Assembly (NCBI GenBank): GCA_050253415.1 | Contig: JBFWJC010000004.1 | Coordinates: 64,001-128,000 of the forward strand | Direction: 5' to 3' | From: Pedobacter sp. | GTDB lineage: Bacteria; Desulfobacterota; Desulfuromonadia; Desulfuromonadales; Syntrophotaleaceae | Length of the DNA stretch: 64,000 bases | Part shown: in pieces, positions 9,701 through 18,500 of the stretch | How positions within the stretch are numbered: the first letter of the stretch is position 1 | Layout: each line of letters begins with the position of its first letter | Notes under the pieces: model-generated | What the model saw: the letters and a program-made list of their open reading frames with translations, nothing else | Told to the model about the DNA's origin: nothing | Databases searched by the model: none | Program-made: the position numbers and the translations under genes

Positions 9701-10916
9701 AGCCGGTTTGACTACATGTATCCGTAGAGGTATTACGGCGGACGCCAAGTTTAAAAGTTTTGGTAATGGTTTGACCGGGGGTACTGGTGCAGTCCCCGGT
9801 ATAGGTATCGGGATTCCAGGATTCCTTGGTAAAGTAGGTCGGCTTGCGCCAGTCATCGTCGACCTTGAGATAAAAAACCAATTCGCTGCCTGCGGCAAAG
9901 GTTCCCAGCACCTCTCGACTATCCAGGGCATCGACCGTACCATCACCATTGGTATCGTCGCCTTCTCGACCTTTGAGGACACCGTCACCACCTACGTCTT
10001 CAACATTGTCATAGATCGGGTGACGCTCGCCGTCAACGCCATCACTGGCCAGCATCCAGCCAAAATCACTGAGGGTGTAACCTGCACCCTCTTGAAGGAA
10101 GGTTACTGCAACCTCCTGCTCAAAGGGGATGATGATATTGTTGGGATCTATGGCATCGTCGCCAGTCTCCAGCTGCAAATAACCCTCATCAGTAACCGAA
10201 ACATTATTCATGGCAAAGTTGTCTGCGTTAAAACCACCGGCGTAGTTTGTCGATATACTGGTACCGCAACCGGGGACGGTGGTTTCTGTCGAAAGAGTAA
10301 AGCTGACTTCAAAACTGTCACTCTCCGTCAGTGTGATGGCAAAACTCTCTTCAGAGCCACTATGCCCCCCCGACCACTCGCCGAATTCCGACCCCAGAGT
10401 GGGATTGGCATTAAAAGTGATTCGTTCACCTGCCGCGAAAAGACAATTGCCATTGCTTGCCAGTTTGCAACTGTGGCCCAAAGATCCACTCATAGAGACG
10501 CTTCCGCTCCCCTCCCCAGAGAAGGTCAGGCTCACAACAACCTCTGCAGCGGGATCTCCAGCCCCATCACTTGTAAAACTGGCCGTTACTGCCCGGGCTG
10601 CATTACCCATGGAAAAAGTAACGACGGAATTACTGGCGGTGACATCTCCAGTCCAAGCACTAAAAGAGCTTACCCCGCCAGAGGTCGCTGTTAAAGTAAC
10701 AGAGGCATCGTTTGCTACCTGATAGCTGGTGTCAGAAAAAATAGTTTCGTCAACAGTGCCTACCTGCACCCTGACCGAACCGTCAGAGTTACCATCAAAA
10801 ACGATATCCAGACCTTTATCGGCCCAGGCCTCTGCGTCACACAGCAAGCCATGCCCTACCATCAACAACGACAGACACATGACCATGCGCATGATGAATT
10901 TTTTGCGTGTATTCAT
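6750..10916 (-). CDS. pilY1: PilY1/PilC-family pilus tip adhesin, cassette A (about 1388 aa): signal peptide, two InlB-B-like repeat domains, DUF4114, C-terminal beta-propeller
   Basis: Start moved to MNTRKK (10916, RBS GGGGGAG). PilY1 motifs GMLHAF, GKELWAFIP, FVDASPSVSD, FALDITNP and Ca loop DTDHNGYIDRLY; DUF4114-like WILGWEDLWGGGDTDFNDMVF. Confidence 0.9.
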   Translation of the reverse strand: MNTRKKFIMRMVMCLSLLMVGHGLLCDAEAWADKGLDIVFDGNSDGSVRVQVGTVDETIFSDTSYQVANDASVTLTATSGGVSSFSAWTGDVTASNSVVTFSMGNAARAVTASFTSDGAGDPAAEVVVSLTFSGEGSGSVSMSGSLGHSCKLASNGNCLFAAGERITFNANPTLGSEFGEWSGGHSGSEESFAITLTESDSFEVSFTLSTETTVPGCGTSISTNYAGGFNADNFAMNNVSVTDEGYLQLETGDDAIDPNNIIIPFEQEVAVTFLQEGAGYTLSDFGWMLASDGVDGERHPIYDNVEDVGGDGVLKGREGDDTNGDGTVDALDSREVLGTFAAGSELVFYLKVDDDWRKPTYFTKESWNPDTYTGDCTSTPGQTITKTFKLGVRRNTSTDTCSQTGWLESAAITRADDLFDLQFALDDTQTMTLVDGEQYPHVIVGTPGDKPNEWILGWEDLWGGGDTDFNDMVFQIERRTGGVAQLESSQAIEPTDTEAFYTAVEIEVWDNMPCAGQTDIDYYVSIDNGDNWVEVTAWDAVREYTLDADGDKTLGATVEGWSPGTPSYTYRTRRIDFAGLGFSGRQLIWKAVLTSEEETCVPEILDVNLTGAVSTHADISRASPVAQANVLYSGSYETPAIDWDTSALRGHLRAMRTYDPLNTSTTDNVELWDAGEVLAESAPSSRRVVYPNISLTAVSGEELATGDGVTAGFSGTLAHHPVVGESVVITAGTETFTDKHTDVLVGSLGGSGTINRFTGEWKITPNEVLTSGMPVNASYVWYATSSVLQSFTSAGVDNAMLGLDNTFVHGSGYRYDFNKDNAYTEADGDYLVNWVRGYADGVSTPKQWILDPVDHSVPAVVTPPARPAWYYGSDFTESPQRESYDAFVTAQAERDTIVLVGSRSGMLHAFNAGQFRWGDNVQTAEKENRGYFLWDPSTDVMDWWAAFLSDYGDTNPETSAPFFTWQTHGDRDRAPDYGDGKELWAFIPANLLPRLKNNLLQGEDRAFVDASPSVSDVYIGGEWKTVVLCAEGNGGDSVFALDITNPDNPTFLWEFADPDLFRSRSSPAVAILGQIRVGGQSKWVAFFVSGQTIDANLYPSVYVVDIANGQVIERIYLDSLPAGKGGVPSGQPAIVDTDHNGYIDRLYVGTDKGYLYKVNIPDRPDSFAYPISKCVINTDFDYEQVDADGVSTTITVPTAQRYHSIYASPTVVVDNSLTSSGELEYNVRIFFGTGDSPYADEDIDTDNTNYHFFAYTDHAEKGSTSVDNIELSWFETLPAGHRVFASAYAAAGSIYFGTATSDTEDPCAGPNEGRIYAFSYSGSSLLNDASGTHGVEVGDIITTPLVYDEHLYFKTANGLTSLGSGKHNNETKTGGLPYTRLRQWREVF

Positions 10917-10938
10917 AACTACTCCCCCGGGTAGGACT

Positions 10939-11571
10939 CTAATTGCTCTGCAAACTGAAATCGGTAATGGCATTGGCATCGTTGGAATTGTGATTTTTCC
11001 CGGTACCACCGTCACCCTGCTCGTATCCGCCAATCGGTTGTCCACCTGCAGCACCTCCGAACAGGCTGATTTCGACACTGGAAGCACCACCGTTGGCACT
11101 GCGTGCATCGGCACGCATGAAGATTACGGAATCGGTATCATCAATGGCACCGCCACCATCATTGTTATTCCAAACGGTGACGGTGTACAGGTAATCGGAA
11201 CCCAAGTCGCCATCAATAATCCATTGGGCACCACCTGCATAAGTAGTGTCCGTTGCCGCTGCTATACCAGGCTGGGACCCATTGAGGACGAAATCCCAGT
11301 CCGGGGGCTGCACCGCTGCAAAGTTTGCCTGATTTTTTTCGATAAAAAGGGTTTTAAAATTTCGCCGCAAATGCTCTATCCCCGCCTCGGCCACGTAAAA
11401 GGCCTCCGCATGTCTGCGCTCCGAGGATGAAATCATGGTTTCCAGCATGGACGTATTGGTGGCCGCTAGACCGATCAGGGTCAACAAGGTGAGGATGACC
11501 AGAGCGGTAATCAAAGCGGCACCCCGTTCGCGATTCCGGGTAATGTTTGCCATGTGTTTGTCCCTATTCAT
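10939..11571 (-). CDS. pilX: Minor pilin PilX (cassette A)
   Basis: RERG/AALITALVIL class III leader lacking Glu5, AFYVAEAGIE PilX_N motif; start at MNRDKH with RBS AGGAG. Confidence 0.88.
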   Translation of the reverse strand: MNRDKHMANITRNRERGAALITALVILTLLTLIGLAATNTSMLETMISSSERRHAEAFYVAEAGIEHLRRNFKTLFIEKNQANFAAVQPPDWDFVLNGSQPGIAAATDTTYAGGAQWIIDGDLGSDYLYTVTVWNNNDGGGAIDDTDSVIFMRADARSANGGASSVEISLFGGAAGGQPIGGYEQGDGGTGKNHNSNDANAITDFSLQSN

Positions 11572-11579
11572 ATGACTCC

Positions 11580-12680
11580 TCATAGCCCGAGATTTCTCAC
11601 TTTGATGGTTACAGTAAGTTGACGGCGCCTGAAGCTGTCGACAACCCCGGCCAGATGGTCTTCCATTGCGGGTCTCTGCCCGGTGAAATTGGGCTGGGCA
11701 TGAGCTGAACGTGCCAGCAGGTTGATCCGCACCATCCTTACCTGAGATTTTTGCAGGTCGGTAAGGTCGGCATCGTTTACCGTTGCATCAACAAGACCGT
11801 CATCATTGGTGTCCAACTCAAAAGCAAGTTGAAGATCCTCGATATACTCAGCGATCACCTGGGATCCGCTGCCGGTATCCCGGATTAGGCATGGGACACC
11901 ATTTTGATTTTGGATAGAGTAAAGAGCGTTGTAGATTCCTGCAGGATTAAAGAAATTGATGATGCTTCCGGAGGGAAAAGTATTCAGCAGTTTGTTTTCA
12001 TAGGTGACCCCTTGGTATGTAACGTTGGGACCATTACCGATTCTATCGAATCCGGGCAAGGGCAAGGTGCTGGTCAGGAACAAAACTGCTGACTGGGAAC
12101 CATCAGCGGCAGTGACGATAAACGGCATATTTGGGGTCGGCTGCGTATAGCTTGTCCCGTTACAAAAACAGCCGGAATCCCAACCGCCAGCCGTGACATC
12201 CTCATTGACATCCGCTACCGTAGCGGTAGTGGGCATATTTGCAGCCAGTGTCAATTGAGACAACGTATCGCAGGAAGCGAGCGAACCGGCCGGATCGGTG
12301 CCACATCCGTTAACAGAGAAATCCTGATAACGGACCCTGAGTATATCCGTGCCTTCAACAATATTCGGGATCGTGGCTGCAACACCCGAAGTACCGTCAA
12401 CATTGTTTTCAAACTCAAGAGGGTAGACAGCAACACCACCAAAGCTGAAATTTGGAATACCTGCGCCGGCCATGCGGATATCCCGCTCGATAAACAACTT
12501 GGCGGTTCGTACGTTTTGTTGTACTTCCGCCACGCCTTCCTGCATCACATACGAACGTTGGCTGTTATTAAACAATTCGAGAGTAGTCAAAAGAACCACT
12601 AGTGAAATTGCCATGGCCACAACCAATTCAACCAAGGTGAACCCTGCCCGGGATAAAGTCCTGTCTGCATGAATCATCAT
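11580..12680 (-). CDS. pilW: Minor pilin PilW (cassette A)
   Basis: AG/FTLVELVVAMAIS, RDIRMAG and IAEYIEDLQ motifs; TGATG overlap with the pilV stop. Confidence 0.9.
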   Translation of the reverse strand: MMIHADRTLSRAGFTLVELVVAMAISLVVLLTTLELFNNSQRSYVMQEGVAEVQQNVRTAKLFIERDIRMAGAGIPNFSFGGVAVYPLEFENNVDGTSGVAATIPNIVEGTDILRVRYQDFSVNGCGTDPAGSLASCDTLSQLTLAANMPTTATVADVNEDVTAGGWDSGCFCNGTSYTQPTPNMPFIVTAADGSQSAVLFLTSTLPLPGFDRIGNGPNVTYQGVTYENKLLNTFPSGSIINFFNPAGIYNALYSIQNQNGVPCLIRDTGSGSQVIAEYIEDLQLAFELDTNDDGLVDATVNDADLTDLQKSQVRMVRINLLARSAHAQPNFTGQRPAMEDHLAGVVDSFRRRQLTVTIKVRNLGL

Positions 12681-13057
12681 CAACCCTCATCCGAGATAAT
12701 GGTGCGCAACACAACGCGATGCTGTGTGGATAGCGACCAGGAGACGGTCACCGTGACACGCTTAAGTTCATTGGAGGGTACATTATCCTCAATCTGAATG
12801 GTGCGACTGAAAATCGACCCGTCTACATTGTCTTCCGTTTCGGGAAAATTGGTGGGGGTCACAAGGTCATAATCAGTCATCCGCACACGCTCGATAACAT
12901 CCTCGGCCAGAACAGTTGCCTGAGAGACCGTACTGCCATGGAGGTTGCCATTGATAGCGGTCGCCTGCAGCCCTGCAACCCCGAGTAGACCGACAGACAG
13001 GATAACGACTGCAAGGAGTACTTCCAGCAGTGAAAACCCTCTATTGTTCAAGAACAT
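12680..13057 (-). CDS. pilV: Minor pilin PilV (cassette A)
   Basis: RG/FSLLEVLLAVVILSVGLLGVAGLQ and VTVTVSW; start MFLNN with RBS AAGGAG. Confidence 0.9.
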   Translation of the reverse strand: MFLNNRGFSLLEVLLAVVILSVGLLGVAGLQATAINGNLHGSTVSQATVLAEDVIERVRMTDYDLVTPTNFPETEDNVDGSIFSRTIQIEDNVPSNELKRVTVTVSWSLSTQHRVVLRTIISDEG

Positions 13058-13068
13058 ATGCGTCTCCT

Positions 13069-13620
13069 TCAATTCGACCAAGTCCCACTTAAGTTTGTCC
13101 AGATCTTTACCAGCCCGGTGGTGGACTGCGCGCCCACCGCCATGGTTGCCCCATCAGGGACCGTCACGTAAACACTCCCCATTTGACTTGTACCGTTTGG
13201 ATTGAAAACCACTCTATTTGAGGTAAAACTCACGCCACTCGCTGGAAGACTGGTAGCTCCCGGCCGCATGCCACGCTGGCTGCCGTAAGAAACCAACGTA
13301 GAAAGCTGAACGGTACGAAACACGGTTTCGTTGCCATCGTCCCAGCTTTCGGAACCGGCAGCTTCCCCGGAATCACTATAAAGAAGGTAACGGCGGTTTG
13401 CCGTATCGAACGAGACGGCCCATGGCCTGGAATCTCGAATGGCACCGACACGAGCCAGATTGAAATTGCTGGCCAGGTCACGCGCATCGCTTTTAAGCTG
13501 AGCTTTAGCTCCTCGATTCCCCATGTAATAGTAAGCGGTACCAAGCATAATTATCGTCAAAGACAGAACAATAAGCACCTCCAACAAGGTGAACCCTTTA
13601 TTGCCCAAACAACATCTCAT
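13069..13620 (-). CDS. fimU: FimU/FimT (GspH-like) minor pilin (cassette A)
   Basis: KG/FTLLEVLIVL, ARDLASNFNLARVGAI and VVFNPNG; start MRCCLG at 13620 with RBS GAGGAG. Confidence 0.85.
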   Translation of the reverse strand: MRCCLGNKGFTLLEVLIVLSLTIIMLGTAYYYMGNRGAKAQLKSDARDLASNFNLARVGAIRDSRPWAVSFDTANRRYLLYSDSGEAAGSESWDDGNETVFRTVQLSTLVSYGSQRGMRPGATSLPASGVSFTSNRVVFNPNGTSQMGSVYVTVPDGATMAVGAQSTTGLVKIWTNLSGTWSN

Positions 13621-13821
13621 CAATTTTCTCCTCTGAGGCACTTCCATTTCACCCAATTCCTTATTTTCCGTATATCGATTAAATAGCAACTTGCTGCTGG
13701 AAAGGTACGTCGGCAAACAGTTCCACCAAAAGTGAGGCTCAACACAGGAGACAAAGCCGGAGCTACAAACGCCATGACACCTTTCCATCCCGAACGAATG
13801 ATTAAGATATAATTAACGTTT

Positions 13822-13838
13822 TGCAATTCGTGAGCCAA
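13822..13838 (-). promoter_or_regulatory. Sigma-54 (-24/-12) promoter of pilus cassette A
   Basis: Minus strand TTGGCTCACGAATTGCA gives GG-N10-GC, close to the consensus TGGCAC-N5-TTGC. Confidence 0.8.
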
Positions 13839-13901
13839 TTTCAATCAGGTAGAAAAACATCGAAAACAAGGCTTTTAGTTTCAGAGGACAACGACGGATC
13901 A

Positions 13902-13938
13902 CGCAAAATATGCGCACCATGTACGCAAATATTTACCG
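13902..13938. promoter_or_regulatory. Candidate enhancer (bEBP) sites of cassette A
   Basis: CGCAA-AATA-TGCGCA (13902-13916), 66 bp from the -24 GG, with a partial copy CGCAA-ATAT-TTACCG 22 bp further; the same motif lies upstream of cassette B. Confidence 0.55.
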
Positions 13939-14475
13939 ATCCATGCAAACAAGACCTAAATCATTGTCTCTTGCACATATGGGAGTTTTTAGTACCAATC
14001 ACCTTGCTTGACGGAAGAGGCTGGATCATTTGCCACAGGATCCAGGGATTCGGATACGCATTTTAAAAGCAGCATCTTTCGGCACGTAGAATAGCTTCAG
14101 TTATTATTGCTCTGAATGACAGGAAGGATGCTATCCACGCGTAAATTGAACGATACGGCTCAAGTGAAAATACGTTGAACGGCAAATGTTTGGAAGTTCA
14201 AGAGTCCCCAAGGGTAGATGGCAGGAGGAAAACATGTTTGCTAAGTTGTCACCCACCAAAACCGGAACGTATCAGTAGAGTTGGAGAGACATATTAAGGA
14301 AATTGAATTTAGATATTTTCTTAGCGGGTAGAAGTTGCAAACGATAGAGAATTGGGAATCCGGTGAAAAAATCCGAGAGACAATGCAATCGAAAATATCG
14401 ACATTGCCCCCCATCAAAAAAGCCAGTACCCCGAAGTCCAGAGGTAGTAAACATATTTAAAACAGACTTAAAACA

Positions 14476-14907
14476 TCACATGTGTGCCAACCCGGTGGCC
14501 GTTGAATCCACCATCACCACAAGATCCGACTCCTCATTTACCCGGATGAATATCGTTTGGCTGGAAGACCCCTGGGGGCGAAAAGTAATGGAAAATCCGC
14601 CAGTATCGGACCACGCATCGGCTGCCAGTGTTTTTGATTCAATTTTTACGCTGTTTGCAAATGAAAAGACTTCCCCATCCAAAGAATAAGTCCTTGCATC
14701 CAGATCGATAGTGACCGTTTTACTAAGATTATCATGCACAGCCATGCTACGCGCACGGCGCAAGGTAGACAACATATCCCGTGCAGCCTCTTTCTGCTGA
14801 ACATTTTTCCGCCAGGTGCTGGTTGCCGGAAACGACAGAGCAACAAGAATCGACAATATCGCAACCGTCATAAGCAATTCAATCAAAGTGAATCCATTGC
14901 TATTCAT
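14476..14907 (-). CDS. fimT: FimT/FimU-like minor pilin (cassette B)
   Basis: NG/FTLIELLMTVAILSIL, ARDMLSTLRRARSMAV and ITFRPQG. Confidence 0.85.
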   Translation of the reverse strand: MNSNGFTLIELLMTVAILSILVALSFPATSTWRKNVQQKEAARDMLSTLRRARSMAVHDNLSKTVTIDLDARTYSLDGEVFSFANSVKIESKTLAADAWSDTGGFSITFRPQGSSSQTIFIRVNEESDLVVMVDSTATGLAHM

Positions 14908-15562
14908 GCACTTCGTCCTTACTTTTCACATAGGAAAGATTCAATTCAAATTCCTGACTGGCCCAGCCACCGTAGGGGTCTTCTACGCGTACAGTAACCG
15001 GAAATACGCCTTTGGTTCCCGGTTCAACTTGCCAGACCAACGTGCCGCTATCAGCATCCAGTTGCATACCTTCCGGAGCTGTGATCAGGGATATGAGCAG
15101 ATCATCCTCATCCGCATCCACGGTTTCTAGCCGGTACTCAAACACCCCCTGGACCAACTGTTCTGGAGGCGTGGAAACGATTTCCGGCGGGGCGTTATGC
15201 GCCTCAATTGCGCCACTTTGAACCGGCCCTCCACGTCGTCCCCCCTGCACGGCGGTGACTTCTACAGCAACCATATCCCCGCGCTGGAAATACTCGCCTG
15301 ACAAGGAAGTCGCATTCACCCCTTCGACTTCTTCATTATCGACAAACCACCTGCAATCATATCGAACGTTTTTGTCGGATCCATGCAGCAACCGGGGGAC
15401 CACTTCGACCCCGCTGCCAACATGAAAGGCAGCGGGTTTATAGGTAAGGTCATAAATCTGCGGACCCTTATCAGCAGCATGCGTGCCCTCCGGGTAACCA
15501 CAGAGCAGCGCTAAACTGATTAGAAACATGCCTCCGATGTCTTTCACTGCAAATCGTTTCAT
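14900..15562 (-). CDS. Exported protein with putative Ig (He_PIG/cadherin-like) domain
   Basis: Signal peptide, then NAPPEIVSTPP...YRLETVDADEDDL...APEGMQLDADSGTLVW...VTVRVEDPYGG. Start overlaps the pilY1 stop (TAATG). Confidence 0.75.
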   Translation of the reverse strand: MKRFAVKDIGGMFLISLALLCGYPEGTHAADKGPQIYDLTYKPAAFHVGSGVEVVPRLLHGSDKNVRYDCRWFVDNEEVEGVNATSLSGEYFQRGDMVAVEVTAVQGGRRGGPVQSGAIEAHNAPPEIVSTPPEQLVQGVFEYRLETVDADEDDLLISLITAPEGMQLDADSGTLVWQVEPGTKGVFPVTVRVEDPYGGWASQEFELNLSYVKSKDEVHE

Positions 15563-18500
15563 TACCATGTCATCCAATAAAGGGGATAAACCGTTTCGAT
15601 TTCATCGAGGGTAACATTGGGAAATGCACCGCCGGAACCGATAAGAATGGACGTGCTGCCATCTTTGCCAATAACGATTACCAGCCCCGAAGGGATACCC
15701 GTACCGACATCAAGAGAGCGGTCGGCTCGGCGTAAAATATCGGGGCTGTCTGCATCCCCGGAATTGGCTCGATCATTACTGGCGGAAGACTGACCTTCGC
15801 CGAATTGATCGGTGCCACTATCGGCATACCAATTGTAAATGGCCTCGCCTGTTCTGGCATTGACCGCATACAATCGCGAAACCCCAAGGTTCCCCCCGGA
15901 ACAAGGATCCGATGCGACACTACTGAGCGAATTAGGTGTATAAGTGGTAAAAAAGCAGACATTGGCAAAAACGGTCGGTGATGCGAGAATTTTTTCACCG
16001 TTATGGCCGGTCTCATTCATCTTAATGTACCACCCGTAGTAAACGGTCCTCGGTTCATTGTCGGCATCTGGCGTTTCATAATTGTACAGTTTGTCGATCA
16101 AAGCATCAGCTTCGGCAAGGGTCGTGTCATCACGCTGCAATTCGTTTGCAGTGACATCCACCAGGTTGGCTTCGGTAAGAACGGAAGGCGCATTTTCCAC
16201 ATCTTCGCGGTCGCGCACCATGTAAAACCGGTCGAGTACCGCGCCACCGCTGGTTCCAGGGTTCAGATAATTTAACGGATGTTCACGGTCGCCGCTGCCG
16301 AAGTATATAAAAGTATCGGGATAATTATAGGTAACCGTCGGTTTGTAAAACACCTTACGACCGACATCAGTGGATCCGGTATTGGCTTGAAAAATTCGTT
16401 TAACGGTCCAATTATTTACTGACGTGGTGTCACCTACCGAAAACCTCCACAGTTGACCACCCATATCAACCACATAAAACCGGTCGGCATAGCCATCCAT
16501 ATCCTGGTCGAACACAAGGACATCGGATGGAATGGAAAAAGTCATATCAGCCAGCACAGAACTACTTGCATTGTAGGTGGCACTCCATAACTTTGTTCCC
16601 GAATTAGAAAAATCAGGCGTATACCCGGATTCGGAGCTGTTCAAGGTCGCAATTTCCACAACGTAAAGACCGCGCCCCCTGGGTTCATATTGTGTCCCGC
16701 CGGAACTACTGGCACCGGTGCTGAAACCGTCCGTTGCCGAAGAAACATTGGTCGTTGCGTCCGTACCGGTAGGGAAGGTCTGCGTATTGCCGAACCGCAA
16801 ATCCTCGTTGTTATCATACCCGGCCCCGAATACCGCGACCACTTTCGGTACCCCGCCGATGTTCATTTTTGTAAGACGCGGCTGGCTCCAGGTTTCACCC
16901 ATTTCACCAAACCCGGTAGTTTCACTGTTAATATGCCAGAGATATTTCGGCTGCTCGGGGTTGCTGATATCGATGGCGTAATAAGAACCACGCGAACCGG
17001 TCACCAGGGTATTACTACCGCCGCCACGCCGAAGACCGAATAAAAGAATAACCTTATCTCCGGAGTCGGTGTCAATGGTTCCGTCCCCGTTGGCATCATG
17101 CATGTAAGCCAGAGGCGAATTGTCGACAAAATAGTAGTGACTGTTTACATCCCTCAGGTACTGAAGGCCAGTCAGAACATCCGGAGGGATAAAGGCCCAT
17201 GCCTCCTCACCGTTATAATCATAAACGGCATGCAGCATCCCGTCATTGGCGCCGAAAAACACCATGCTCTTGTTCTGACTCGCAATCGCTTCATTCGTTT
17301 CAGAAAATGTATAGCTGGCGTAATTGACGATAAGGGGTTTTGAATGAAGGATATCACCGAGAAGCCAATCGCGTTTCGCGGAGCCGTCTTCCAAATTCCC
17401 ACGCACAAAATTGATAACCTTGTTCTTCTCGGTATCATCATCCACGTCCAGCAAAGTGGCAGTCAACGACGCATTGGTAGTAGTAAAGGCATGGACGTCA
17501 TTATATAAATTATTAGTGACATTATCGGCAGCCAGATAGGTATAAATCTTCCTGGCGGAAACGCGGGATTTCAGCAAACCTCCAACGCCACCGGAATAAA
17601 CGAGACCACCATCGTAAGTACCGGAGGGGGTCCAAAAAGATCGGTTTTGAGGGGTCGGCGGGTCGGTGGTGTTATCGATAAGAAAGTAGCCATCGGAATC
17701 GGTTGCTGCCACCAAATCCCCTGATGAATTGTACGCAACGATTTCATTATCGGTGCTCAGTCCGAATTTTTTCAGATTTCCGTACCAGGGCTCCTCATTC
17801 ATGGGTTTAAAAAACCCGAGATAAATCCTCTGCCCGCTATAGGTACGGTTTTCCGGGCTGGCGGGGACAACCGGGGCAACAAAAGAGGTGTCCTCCTCGA
17901 GGATCTTGACAATGATATCTCCTATCGCGTCAAAAATATCCTCGGGATTGCTGACCTGGACGTACTCCCCGTGACCGTTGGTGGCCGCATCTTCAAGCTG
18001 CTGTATCTTCGGCGACATCAACTGAATGATATGCGTCTGAACCCTGGCCTGTTGGCCGTCGATCTCATAATCGAGATTATCGTAAAGATAGGATGCCGCT
18101 TCGGGTGCATAGTAATCGTCGCCATTGTCCATTGCCGCGATGGGATTGCTCGTACCGAGATTATCCTTGGTTGCACCGGTGGCCAACACAATAATGTGCG
18201 TATTTTGACACCAGTATTCGATGGGTGAATCGCTATAGGCGGCGTTGTCATTGCTGGTGCTGTTGGCATGGCTGGCGCCGGTGGGGTCGCCGACAAAGTA
18301 GAGCCAGGCATCCCACAGGGCACTGCCCAGGGGTTGGGCATTGGCGGTCTGAGTGATCGGCAGGATGTCATCCGTCATGGCAGTCGTCAGGGTAGACTCG
18401 CTATTGTTTGCCACCGGCACGACGATGGCGCCCCCCTGATTGTTGCTGTTGTATTCCATAAGACCGATATTCACCTTATCGGCCAACTGGGGGAAAATCG

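Noticed and set aside
10917..11114. 66-codon N-terminal extension of the 1454-aa ORF (likewise 19183-19323 for the 1253-aa ORF)
   Set aside because: These overlap pilX out of frame; the downstream ATGs have SD-like sequences and proper signal peptides.
13700..13775. GGCAAAC...ACAAAGCC resembling a c-di-GMP-I (GEMM) riboswitch
   Set aside because: It is on the strand opposite fimU and lacks the GAAA-capped stem and GACGCAAAR core.
14079..14097. CGGCACGTAGAATAGCT as a + strand sigma-54 promoter
   Set aside because: GG-to-GC spacing is 11, not the required 10.
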